From: Acaryochloris marina MBIC11017
Lineage (GTDB): Bacteria > Cyanobacteriota > Cyanobacteriia > Thermosynechococcales > Thermosynechococcaceae
Assembly (NCBI RefSeq): GCF_000018105.1
Contig: NC_009925.1
Location: 330,001-362,000 of the forward strand
Direction: 5' to 3'
DNA: 32,000 bases
Part shown: one piece after another, positions 19,790 to 29,195 of the stretch
Layout: every line of letters starts with the position of its first letter
How positions within the stretch are numbered: the stretch's first letter is position 1
Notes under the pieces: model-generated
The model's input: the letters and a program-made list of their open reading frames with translations, nothing else
The model's database searches: none
What the model was told of the DNA's origin: nothing
Made by a program: the position numbers and the translations under genes

Positions 19790-20978
19790 TTAGTTTATTG
19801 AATCTATCGATTCTGCTAAAGCCTGCGCTGCTGATTCAATTGAATAATTTCGCAAAAAACTATCAGCCCATGTAAAATCCCGGTGAAATTTTAGTAATAC
19901 TTCTATTTCCTTTGCTAGACATTTAGCATCTCCCACAGGAATAATTCGCACTCGTTTAAAAATTTTGAAATCGGCTTGGCATCCTACTGCAGATGAAATA
20001 ATAACACTACATCCAGCTTGAAGCGCCTCATTAATAACTAATCCCCATGTTTCTCCCATTCGCTGAGAGGGAAGTACAACTATATCTGCAGCTAAATACC
20101 AATAATGAAGCTCACTTTGATTAATAAAACCTGGAAAATGACTGCGAACGTTAAGGCTTTCGGAATAATTTGCAGCCAATTTACGTAGTTGAGAATTTAG
20201 GGTACCATCTCCAACAAACAAAAATTCAATTTGATTTAAGACATCTGAAGATAGGTGTGATAAGGACTTATAGAGTAAAATTGGATCTTTTTTTTGGATA
20301 AACTTCCCAAAAAAAGCAACAATTTTTTTCTCCTTAGGTATACGTAGTTTATAACGTATCTTATCCCTTATTGCCTGTTTATCAGAAGGTAATATCTGTT
20401 GTATAGGATTAAAAGTACAATAATGAGCTGGTAAAAGCTGATGCTCTTTTAGGCCATGCGTCAAGTAATGTTTTTTATTAAGTTGTCCTATATACAAACC
20501 TCTATCTACTGGCATATACAGAAATCGATATAGTAAAGATCTTAAAGCAGTCTTAAAGAAATGTCTTGAAAAAGCTTCATCTTGTGTTTCTGTTCTTACC
20601 CATATTGGAAGCCCCATCCAGATAGATGAAAAATAAGCGATAATATCAAACTTGTAATTAAATGATGTCAATAGAACAGCTTTTGGGTGAATTTTTTTTA
20701 GTAGAGCCAATAAGCCCGGAGCATGCAAATCAAAAAAATAGATGAGGAGAATTATTAGAAGCTTTATTGAGTACAAAATATTGATAATCTTCCAATAATG
20801 GAATATCCCAAGAAAAATCTACTCCAAACCCACTATCCTGATATCCTCTCACTGAGAAATCACTTGCAAATACTACACAAAACGAATTTGGCCTCAACTG
20901 ATTAAGTTTCTGATATACAGGCACTCGATACTGAACTGGATGTGTTTCAAAAATCACTAGTTTTGGATTGAAATTCAT
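19790..20978 (-). pseudogene. GT4-family glycosyltransferase split by a frameshift at a T7 tract
   Basis: The N-terminal ORF (MNFNPKLVIFETHPVQYRVPVYQKL...) stops at 20730. The C-terminal ORF (..GETWGLVINEALQAGCSVIIS) is open from 20776. Removing one T from the T7 run (A7 on the plus strand, 20732-20738) fuses them into about 403 aa. The start ATG at 20978 overlaps the upstream stop as ATGA. Confidence 0.75.
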
Positions 20979-21988
20979 GACACTATAGATAAGATTTGGC
21001 GACAAACATCCTCATTGCCAACCCCTAGTTTCCTAACTTTTTTCATGCCAGCTTCTCTAATCGTTTCTCGCAACTTAGGATTCTGAATAAGATATTTACA
21101 AACTTCAATACATTCAGAAATCGAAGACCAAAATACAGCTTCTTTTCCTTCTTCAAATAAGAGCTGATGTTCACTGGTTCTCTCAGCACAGAGCAATCCA
21201 CCAGAAGCAGGTATTTCTACAGATCTTGTTGTATATGTATCGCGATTAGTTGAGGAGAGGAAGCCTAAGCAGATTGCAGAGTTTTGAATAACATCTGCAT
21301 ATTTTTTCCCAATCGCTGGACCATAGTAATGACTATTAAATTTACTATCATTATAACTGGGGCTTTTATTCCAACCATTTCCCCAAATTTCTAAATCAAG
21401 GCCAGCACAGATCATATCAAGAAGAAATTGATCTCGGTTTTCTCCAGATCGATATGTTCCTAAAAAAGAAATGTTAGATAAATTCAATTGACAACCTACA
21501 GATGTAGAATGAACTAGCTCATCATAACTCATCCATACTCTTAAGACCTTTTGAGCACCAAATGATTTATATTCAAGTTCATTAACACTACGCATCACAA
21601 CACATAGATCATAAAAATGAATATTTTTCAATAAAGTTGAAAAACGCAAGCCATCACGAGACCCAGTAGGATCATCGTTATTATATAAAATAATTGGGAC
21701 GCCAAATCCACGCAAATATTTAAGACATTTTTTTCCAAATATTTCTCCTGAATTGATCCAAATTAAATCAGGTTTAGGCAAATTTGATAAGTTAACATAG
21801 AGCCACTTTATTATATAACCCTGAAAAAAATCATAACTAATTTTCCAAGAAATCTTTACCATCCAAGGCAACAAGTGTTTATAAGGATTAAATAAACTCA
21901 CTGAATTGCCAAGCCTGAGTAAAGTAAGATATCGTCGGTAAGAATTTGAATTAAAATTACTATCTCCAAAATACCAAATTTTACTCAT
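20975..21988 (-). CDS. CgeB/DUF3880-like glycosyltransferase-family protein
   Basis: The C-terminal block reads TTRSVEIPASGGLLCAERTSEHQLLFEEGKEAVFW...IQNPKLRETIREAGMKKV, typical of CgeB-like Glyco_trans_1_2 proteins. Confidence 0.6.
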   Translation of the reverse strand: MSKIWYFGDSNFNSNSYRRYLTLLRLGNSVSLFNPYKHLLPWMVKISWKISYDFFQGYIIKWLYVNLSNLPKPDLIWINSGEIFGKKCLKYLRGFGVPIILYNNDDPTGSRDGLRFSTLLKNIHFYDLCVVMRSVNELEYKSFGAQKVLRVWMSYDELVHSTSVGCQLNLSNISFLGTYRSGENRDQFLLDMICAGLDLEIWGNGWNKSPSYNDSKFNSHYYGPAIGKKYADVIQNSAICLGFLSSTNRDTYTTRSVEIPASGGLLCAERTSEHQLLFEEGKEAVFWSSISECIEVCKYLIQNPKLRETIREAGMKKVRKLGVGNEDVCRQILSIVS

Positions 21989-21994
21989 AATTTT

Positions 21995-23557
21995 TTAGGC
22001 TAATTTTAAACTTCTACTGACTGCAACGAGCATTTTACAAAAAATAAGGTACAGAAATATTACCTGCATCCATTCTCTAAAAATAAATATTGATAAATCG
22101 ACTATTGATCCTACATTAAAAATGGTAAAAAATGAATAAATATTTATTATTGCAACTGGTGAAAATATTGGGTTTTGAGAGCAACTAACATTAGTTATTA
22201 CAAGTGCATCCAAGAGTATAAAAATTATTATTGACAATATACCTAGAAAAAATAAATATAAAAATCCAAACGCCGCTAGGCTAGTTCCAAAGAAATGACC
22301 AATCCAAAACCTACCTAAGAAATATTTATTTCTTGTAATCAAGAAAAAAAGCTGATCACCCCAACTTACACTCAGCGCTTGTTTTTTAAACTCTGAAGAA
22401 AAACCTAAAAAACTAAGAAATGGAGCTGGAAAAATAGAGAGCAGTCGATTAATTGAAAATTCTCTAAATTCAATCCGAGATGCATGATCTAATTGATTCC
22501 CTAATTTCAATGATATATCTGCAAACTTTAAATTTACAAAACGGCGCAAGAATGGATTGCTAAGATATTTTTCATCATAGCCACTTAGGCGATCAACATC
22601 TGTTTTAACCCTATATTGTTCAATGCTTTCTATATCTGATAACTGATCTATTGTTTTAACTAACAATTCCTCTGATGGAATATCTCTGCGCAAGGCTCTT
22701 ACCATAACCATTGAAGTAGCTAGATTAGAAGCTAGTGGCACTATAAAAATAATGAGAATTAGAATTGAAACAATAACTTTAAATCTAATTTTTATGTATT
22801 GATATATCCATAAAAGAAAAACACCAATTCCATAGGTTGCGATGGGTATTGCAAAAGTAGCACGAGAATTTCTTCCTAAAGCAACAATAAAAATCAATAC
22901 CAAAAACAGAAAGTTGAGCAACCAATCTACTTTAGTAACTTTTTTGCTCTCATTACACAATTGAATTAATAATGCAGTTAAAGGGAAATAAGCAAAATTA
23001 ATAAAACCTTGTATAAGTTTAATGATGGCTACATCATTTCCTCTATTCAACCAGTAGACTAAAATCATAGAGATCAATCCAAAGAAACTTAATATAGCTA
23101 TGCTAAAAGTATCTAACTTTTGGAAAATATTTAAATTTCTATCAAGATAGAGGGTAATTTTTTGTCTTATTATTTGGAATAGATTAGTTTGAGTATATAT
23201 AAAATGAGAAAAAATTAATGTTCCAGTACATAAAACAATATGAAGAAATAGATCTTCAGGAACTTCTAGATCATAGATAATTGGGCGCTGCTCTAATGCA
23301 GTTAGCAACAAAGGTCCTAGAGCATAAAGGATGCAATACCCAGTTAAGGCTAGAGAGGAAATTGGAAACTTATACCATTGGTAGGGTTGATAAAGATAAA
23401 GAATAAACAAATTACTAACAGCTGCAGCTATAAATGAATAGTTTGCATTAGATGTTTCAGTATTAATAGCTATCTGAGTAAACAAACCTATCCATGGTAA
23501 AGCCAATACGAATGGACGAGTTTTACTAAAAAAATAATTAGATCTGATTAATGACAT
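21995..23557 (-). CDS. Polytopic membrane protein, Wzy/O-antigen-ligase-like polymerase candidate
   Basis: The 520-aa protein has about ten or more hydrophobic segments and a soluble loop of roughly 110 aa. It has an LGRNSRATF-type motif reminiscent of Wzy_C proteins. No stronger signature was recognised. Confidence 0.5.
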   Translation of the reverse strand: MSLIRSNYFFSKTRPFVLALPWIGLFTQIAINTETSNANYSFIAAAVSNLFILYLYQPYQWYKFPISSLALTGYCILYALGPLLLTALEQRPIIYDLEVPEDLFLHIVLCTGTLIFSHFIYTQTNLFQIIRQKITLYLDRNLNIFQKLDTFSIAILSFFGLISMILVYWLNRGNDVAIIKLIQGFINFAYFPLTALLIQLCNESKKVTKVDWLLNFLFLVLIFIVALGRNSRATFAIPIATYGIGVFLLWIYQYIKIRFKVIVSILILIIFIVPLASNLATSMVMVRALRRDIPSEELLVKTIDQLSDIESIEQYRVKTDVDRLSGYDEKYLSNPFLRRFVNLKFADISLKLGNQLDHASRIEFREFSINRLLSIFPAPFLSFLGFSSEFKKQALSVSWGDQLFFLITRNKYFLGRFWIGHFFGTSLAAFGFLYLFFLGILSIIIFILLDALVITNVSCSQNPIFSPVAIINIYSFFTIFNVGSIVDLSIFIFREWMQVIFLYLIFCKMLVAVSRSLKLA

Positions 23558-23573
23558 TTTTTAAAAATGGGTA

Positions 23574-24740
23574 CTAGAATGTTTGTAAAAACTTAAACCA
23601 TTGATCGCCATAACAATCCCAACCTCCAAGCTGTTTAACTCGTTTAAGAGCATTTTTGGATAATTTTTCCCGTAGGTCTGGGCAATCTGATAATAATTGG
23701 AGCTTATCGGTAATTGCCTGGGGTTGTCGAATCGGAACGATAAAACCTTCTCGGCCATCTTGGAGTAAATCGCTGACTCCAGCATTTTCTGTAGCAATCA
23801 CTGGGCAACCACATGCCAATGCTTCCCCCATGACCATAGCTAAACCTTCTTCAATGCTGGGTAAAACGAAAACATGAGATTCACTATAATAGCGAGGTAG
23901 TTCTTTATTAGGTATTTTTCCTATAAATGTAACCTGATCTATAGAATATTTTTCTATGAATGGAATAATATTCGAACTAACTGATCCAATGACTACTAAC
24001 TTTTTATTAGGATGCTTGAAATCATTAAAGGCTTGTAGTAAATCAAGGAAACCTTTTCGAAAACTCACACTGCCTACGAATAGAATACGGAATTCATCTG
24101 GTTTTGGTTTTGAAATAGGGTGAAATCGGTCAAGTCGAGCACCATAGGATATTTTACGTACTTTATCAGGGGATACCCTTTGTTCTATAAAACTTTGACG
24201 CACAAATTCTGAAGGCACAGTGATATAGTTTGCTGATTCATATTCTGCCTCTTCTTTATCAATAACTCTTGGATCAATTCCCTTATAAGGTACATTCCAT
24301 CTTGTATGCTCTTCTCTCAAAATCTCATCCTGATAACGGATATGTGAAGAACCGCGATCGCAGATATAATAACCTCCTAATCGTTGGGCTTTGAGGCCAG
24401 AAACTAAGCCAGAACCAGATAAAGCAATTAAGGTAGTGAATTCCTTGACATGTTTTGAAACATAAAGGTCCAAAGTTTGATGGGCTTGCCAAGCCCACTC
24501 ACGATTTAACCAGTTCCACCGATCAAGTTTTATTCGTCCCCTAGCCATATAAGGCATTTGCACCCAGGGAAAACTATGTATTTTTTCAATTGGTATTCCA
24601 GTCTCATCGCGTAACTTAGAAAGAGGATAACCTGTAAAAATAGCTGATAATAAATTAAAACGCTCCAATTGCCGGGCCAAATGGAAATGATGAAATCGCC
24701 CAATTGTAGTCTGAACAATACTAAAATCAGATATGCTCAT
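23574..24740 (-). CDS. GT4-family glycosyltransferase
   Basis: The E-x7-E region reads LPSIEEGLAMVMGEALACGCPVIATENAG. Confidence 0.9.
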   Translation of the reverse strand: MSISDFSIVQTTIGRFHHFHLARQLERFNLLSAIFTGYPLSKLRDETGIPIEKIHSFPWVQMPYMARGRIKLDRWNWLNREWAWQAHQTLDLYVSKHVKEFTTLIALSGSGLVSGLKAQRLGGYYICDRGSSHIRYQDEILREEHTRWNVPYKGIDPRVIDKEEAEYESANYITVPSEFVRQSFIEQRVSPDKVRKISYGARLDRFHPISKPKPDEFRILFVGSVSFRKGFLDLLQAFNDFKHPNKKLVVIGSVSSNIIPFIEKYSIDQVTFIGKIPNKELPRYYSESHVFVLPSIEEGLAMVMGEALACGCPVIATENAGVSDLLQDGREGFIVPIRQPQAITDKLQLLSDCPDLREKLSKNALKRVKQLGGWDCYGDQWFKFLQTF

Positions 24741-24780
24741 ACATAAATTAACTTATTAGTTTGATTTGCTTAGATATATT

Positions 24781-25623
24781 TCAAGAAACTCTCTTAAAAA
24801 AGCCTGACGAAATTTCTTCATACCCTTTTGGAAAACATGATTTTGAATTTTCAAAAGAAAAATTATCAGTCTGATAGCCTAATTCATAAAAGTCTCTAGA
24901 AAAGATTCTATTTATTTTAAGAACAATTTCATTGCTATTTAGAATTTCATACCAGAATGAATCTTTAGATAGTGAATTAGGATAAGTTTCCCAAGCAAAT
25001 TGATCAACAGGAAGTGTAATATATTGAATAAAACTCTTGAGAGCATCATTTAAGTATTCATACTGCAAGATATAGTCAGATGAAATTCCTGAAAAATTAG
25101 TATCTAGAAATTCTACTTGCAAGTTAAAATGCGATATCATGCTATGTCTACATTTTCCCAAAAGAGTATCACTTCCAATTTCTCCATAGCTCCTTATATT
25201 TTCTATCTCAGTAATAAACTTGTCAAATAAAATAGATGCCTCGCTTTTATCCCTATAGTTTTTCTTACACCAATGATGAAAAAGTGATAAAGTTCTAGAA
25301 AAAGGGTTTCTAATTACAGCAAACTTATCTGCATTTTTAAAGAATTCAATTGAACTCAATCGTAATGAAACCATCTCTTGTAAGGTGCAATGGCCCATAT
25401 AAAGTGGATAGTCATACATACCCATTTTCGGAGAAAAGTTCAGACTATGGCGATTTGAACGTTGAGAGAAAAATCTCCCAACGTTGCCGATAAGATTACG
25501 TTGGACTAGCTTATTATTTCTCTTGTTTGATAAATCAAAAATATTTAAAGCACTAGTTACACTTTTACCTGCGTTTTTAGGAATATGGATAAATACAAGG
25601 TTTAATTCTTCACTTATAGCCAT
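24781..25623 (-). CDS. Family-2 sulfotransferase (intact)
   Basis: The PAPS-binding loop reads LVFIHIPKNAGKSV and the 3'-phosphate block reads AVIRNPFSRTLSLF. The length is the same as the interrupted paralog at 7469-8311. Confidence 0.75.
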   Translation of the reverse strand: MAISEELNLVFIHIPKNAGKSVTSALNIFDLSNKRNNKLVQRNLIGNVGRFFSQRSNRHSLNFSPKMGMYDYPLYMGHCTLQEMVSLRLSSIEFFKNADKFAVIRNPFSRTLSLFHHWCKKNYRDKSEASILFDKFITEIENIRSYGEIGSDTLLGKCRHSMISHFNLQVEFLDTNFSGISSDYILQYEYLNDALKSFIQYITLPVDQFAWETYPNSLSKDSFWYEILNSNEIVLKINRIFSRDFYELGYQTDNFSFENSKSCFPKGYEEISSGFFKRVS

Positions 25624-25744
25624 AAGACATAATATTTTTGTTGATCTAATAATATTGACTGACTCAAAATATTCTTAACATTTAGAAAATATTATTTCTA
25701 CTTTTCACTAGAACCAATAGATAACATAAGAGAAGCTTTACTTT

Positions 25745-27544
25745 TTAGTTAGTTTTAGCCAAAGAACGAAATGTATGTGAATTTTCTAAAAGAGAATTAT
25801 AGGTGCCATTATCAACCAACTTACCGAAAGAAAATTCATAAATTAGATCACATTTTTCTACTGTTGAAAGACGGTGAGCAATCATAATAATCGTTAAATT
25901 ATCATTACCTGATAATAATGTACTAATAAATTCTCTCTCAGTCTTATTATCAAGAGCACTAGTTGCCTCATCTAACAATAAAACTCGTGCTCCCTTATAC
26001 AAAGCCCTAGCAATTCCTATTCTTTGTCGCTGTCCTCCACTTAGGCCTATGCCCCTTTCACCAATAGTTTCAAAATATCCAAGCGCTTGATCCTCTATAA
26101 AGTTACTAACTTGTGCCTTTTGAGCTGATTCCTTAACTCTTAACAGATCTATCTCCTGCATAGGAACCCCAAATGCTATGTTTTCGGCAAAACTAGCATC
26201 ACTTAAATAGATATACTGAGGAACATGGGCAATATAATGTCGCCAAGCCTTCATCAAATCAATATCTTCAGATGCATTGTATCCATCCAAAATCAAGCCA
26301 CCCTTAGAAGGCTTCAACAATCCCATAATCAGATCAACAATAGTACTCTTACCGCTACCCGTTGGTCCAACAAAACCAACCCGACTCCCGATCGGAATCC
26401 TTAGATTTAGATCCTTGATTACCCAATCTCCAGCACTTTGGTATCGAAACCAAACGTCCCTCAGCTCAATATTTTTCTCAAGAATTAAATCTTCACTTTT
26501 TGTAGAAATAAGTGAGTCTAAATTTTCCCTATGCTGGGTTCCTTCTAAATAGGGCAGCAGACGCTCTATAGATGAGGAGTTGGATTTGATGGATGCCAAC
26601 GCCACAAATACATTTTGCAGCGGTTGTAAGATTTTGTAAGCTCCAAGCGTAAAGGAACCCAAGACAGGAATGATATTGCTAATATTTTTACCTTGAAGTA
26701 CTAGAATAAATACTAATCCTGAAATCAATAAAATTGTGATTCCTTCAATTAAATATCTTGGAATTTGAGCCTTAAAATTAATTCTTGCGACCGCTTGACG
26801 AGATATATTTACGGACTGACTATAGTCATTTAAGAAAACACTCTGGCTATCATCCAACAAAATATCTCGAATCCCACCCAGACTTTCTTGCAAAGTCTTA
26901 ATCGACCGTTGGTGACTTTCAATTCTTTCTTTTCCTTCCCTATAAAATGTTCCTCTAGTTAAGCGATAGATAATAATATAACTGCTGCCGAGAATAAATG
27001 TCGCAAATAGGGTTATATGTGGTGAGATCAAAACTAAAGTTAGTCCCAAACTTAAAACAATTAATGAACTTAAAATTATATTTAGTCCTGATAGAATAAC
27101 AGTTCTAACTTGATTAACGTCTTCTGTTAAGCGAGTGATAACCTCACTACTATTATGAGTTATATGCCATATATAAGGTCGCTTTAGCAGATTATCAAAA
27201 CTACTTATAGATAGATCAGCAGCAATATTTGCCGTTAGCTTTTGTTGAACCCATATTGTGTAAATCCTAACAACCGTGCTAAATACGACAATAACGAGAA
27301 AAATTATTCCCATGCCAAGAATAATATTATTTTCATGCATTCTAGACAACCCAGAGAAACCAATAGGCAAACTCTCAATTATTTTTTTAGGATTCAGAAC
27401 AGCTTGCAGAAATGGATAAAGAGAGCCTAAACTTCCAATCTCTAAAAAAGAGGATAGGATACTCAATGCCAGAAAAAATAGTAACTCAAGACGGCGATTT
27501 TTACTGAGATAAGGCAATAAAGAAAAAGCAGAAAAATTCATCAA
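25745..27544 (-). CDS. Fused permease/ATPase ABC exporter (MsbA/PglK/McjD architecture)
   Basis: An N-terminal domain of about six TM segments is followed by Walker A GPTGSGKST, signature LSGGQRQRIGIARAL, Walker B LLLDEATSALD and the H-loop IAHRLST. Confidence 0.9.
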   Translation of the reverse strand: MMNFSAFSLLPYLSKNRRLELLFFLALSILSSFLEIGSLGSLYPFLQAVLNPKKIIESLPIGFSGLSRMHENNIILGMGIIFLVIVVFSTVVRIYTIWVQQKLTANIAADLSISSFDNLLKRPYIWHITHNSSEVITRLTEDVNQVRTVILSGLNIILSSLIVLSLGLTLVLISPHITLFATFILGSSYIIIYRLTRGTFYREGKERIESHQRSIKTLQESLGGIRDILLDDSQSVFLNDYSQSVNISRQAVARINFKAQIPRYLIEGITILLISGLVFILVLQGKNISNIIPVLGSFTLGAYKILQPLQNVFVALASIKSNSSSIERLLPYLEGTQHRENLDSLISTKSEDLILEKNIELRDVWFRYQSAGDWVIKDLNLRIPIGSRVGFVGPTGSGKSTIVDLIMGLLKPSKGGLILDGYNASEDIDLMKAWRHYIAHVPQYIYLSDASFAENIAFGVPMQEIDLLRVKESAQKAQVSNFIEDQALGYFETIGERGIGLSGGQRQRIGIARALYKGARVLLLDEATSALDNKTEREFISTLLSGNDNLTIIMIAHRLSTVEKCDLIYEFSFGKLVDNGTYNSLLENSHTFRSLAKTN

Positions 27545-27698
27545 GATTACTGCCTATACAGAGATACAAACGACAGAAATTTAGTTCTCAAAACCAAGTA
27601 TTATCACTAAAAAATAGGCGTTACCAAAAAATCTTTATGTCAGAGTTATTTTTACCACCAGTAAATGGTTGGATTTGATGTGAATTCACAAATAAACA

Positions 27699-29000
27699 CT
27701 AAGCGGTAATTGTCTTTTGAGCCTCAGAGTCTAAATCTTGATTTACTAGCTTTCCAGTGAAAATAAGTTTTCGCAATTTGCTCTCAAACTGACTCAATAC
27801 CTGCTCTCGGTCCCAATGGGATAAAGCATATTTTCGACCCTCACTACCTAACTTTTGTCTTTTTTGATGATGATTTGCCAAATCAGCTATTGCCTTAGTC
27901 AACTCTTGGACCTCTTCTGGAGGAACGGCAACACCACAGGTTTGTACAATATTAAATACTTGAGTACCAGGATAGGCCGTTGCAATAACAGGCCTTCCAG
28001 AGGCTAACATCGCTTTTAGCTTTGAAGGTAAAACCAAGTCTCCAACACCTGATGCTTGAGGAAGCAAATGAATATCAGCCATATTTAACAACGCATTGAA
28101 ACGTTCTGATGGCTGTAAATCTAAGAAATAAATGTTTGACAAACAACGGGCTTGCTCAACCAGCACCCTTTTCATTGGACCTTGTCCAGCAATTACAAAT
28201 ACGATCTTTTCAGTGCATTCAAGAATTCGAGCAGCTTCTATAAGGATACTTATTCCTTGCTTAGCACCTAAGTTACCAGAATAGAGGCATACAATCTTGT
28301 CTTCTGATATACCTAATTGTGCACGGTACTCATTTGTTTCATTTATAGGATGGATCGCATTACAATCTACCCAGTTTGGGAAGTATACACACTTATCTAG
28401 CTTTACTCCTTTCTGATAGAGCCGCAAGCTCATTTGAGCACTGATGGTTGAAACAACCTGTACTTTCTGCATTAACCAGTTTTCAATAGATCCCACTAAT
28501 ACAGTTAATCGAGGAAAGCTTGGCAATAAACCCAGAGAGAAACCTGCATCAATTTCAAAGTCTTGTACATGTAGCCAAACTTTAAACTGAAATATTTTTG
28601 ATGCAATCAAAACTGCTGGTAAACAAAAGATCGGAGGTTCTACCAAGAAGATGATGCTCTCAACTCCAGATATCTTTTTTTTGAAAATCAGCCAAATAAA
28701 CTGTATTGCACTTGAAATTGCAAAAGAAAACAAGTGCAATATGCGATTAATACCGGAAAGTTTTTTAGGCAACCAAACTGGACAACGATGGACCGAGACC
28801 AAGCCATAGTGATTACACGAGTAACGCCAGCCAGAAAACCCTGGACTTAATTCCCAACTAGGGTAATAAGGGGGGGCACATACAACATCAACATCATAAC
28901 CCTCATTTACCAGCCAATTCGCCATCTCGGTATTATACTTTCCAATTCCAATCAACTCAGGGAAATAGTTCAGACTGTAAATCAAAATATGTGGCTTCAT
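27699..29000 (-). CDS. WcaI-like GT4 glycosyltransferase
   Basis: The N-terminus MKPHILIYSLNYFPELIGIGKYNTEMANWL is characteristic of the WcaI family. Confidence 0.85.
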   Translation of the reverse strand: MKPHILIYSLNYFPELIGIGKYNTEMANWLVNEGYDVDVVCAPPYYPSWELSPGFSGWRYSCNHYGLVSVHRCPVWLPKKLSGINRILHLFSFAISSAIQFIWLIFKKKISGVESIIFLVEPPIFCLPAVLIASKIFQFKVWLHVQDFEIDAGFSLGLLPSFPRLTVLVGSIENWLMQKVQVVSTISAQMSLRLYQKGVKLDKCVYFPNWVDCNAIHPINETNEYRAQLGISEDKIVCLYSGNLGAKQGISILIEAARILECTEKIVFVIAGQGPMKRVLVEQARCLSNIYFLDLQPSERFNALLNMADIHLLPQASGVGDLVLPSKLKAMLASGRPVIATAYPGTQVFNIVQTCGVAVPPEEVQELTKAIADLANHHQKRQKLGSEGRKYALSHWDREQVLSQFESKLRKLIFTGKLVNQDLDSEAQKTITA

Positions 29001-29037
29001 GATTAATAATTAAGACAATTGAAGGGGAAATAATCAC

Positions 29038-29066
29038 AAAAAAAAGAGAATCAGAAAAGATTCTCT
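29038..29066 (-). terminator. Intrinsic terminator/attenuator hairpin 38 nt upstream of the WcaI-like start codon
   Basis: On the minus strand the sequence is agagaatc / ttttct / gattctct followed by seven T. The 8-bp stem is perfect but AT-rich. Confidence 0.5.
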
Positions 29067-29140
29067 GACATGATCATTTAATTTAAAAATCTAATTCTCT
29101 CAAGTCTTATTGCTTGCCACTTCAGATATTTGCACAAGCA

Positions 29141-29195
29141 AGGCTTGTAAATACAAGCCTATTTTATATTTACTTTAGATGAGCTTGATCAAGCT
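29141..29195. promoter_or_regulatory. Hairpin plus a 14-bp perfect palindrome in a long AT-rich leader
   Basis: The hairpin aggcttgt/aaat/acaagcct lies at 29141-29160. The palindrome agcttgatcaagct lies at 29182-29195. Function is unknown. Confidence 0.25.

Noticed and set aside
16058-27430. Short internal or antisense track ORFs inside the GT, AsnB-like, ABC and sulfotransferase genes (for example 16058-16276, 16894-17602 series, 17591-17827, 23561-23797, 23656-23877, 24530-24718, 25484-25678, 26277-26552, 27242-27430).
   Set aside because: They are nested in longer ORFs that carry clear family motifs. They are AT-rich chance frames.
25745-27544. The ABC transporter as a Wzm/Wzt-type O-antigen exporter.
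   Set aside because: Wzm and Wzt are separate permease and ATPase polypeptides. This is a single fused TMD-NBD half-transporter, so that assignment does not fit.
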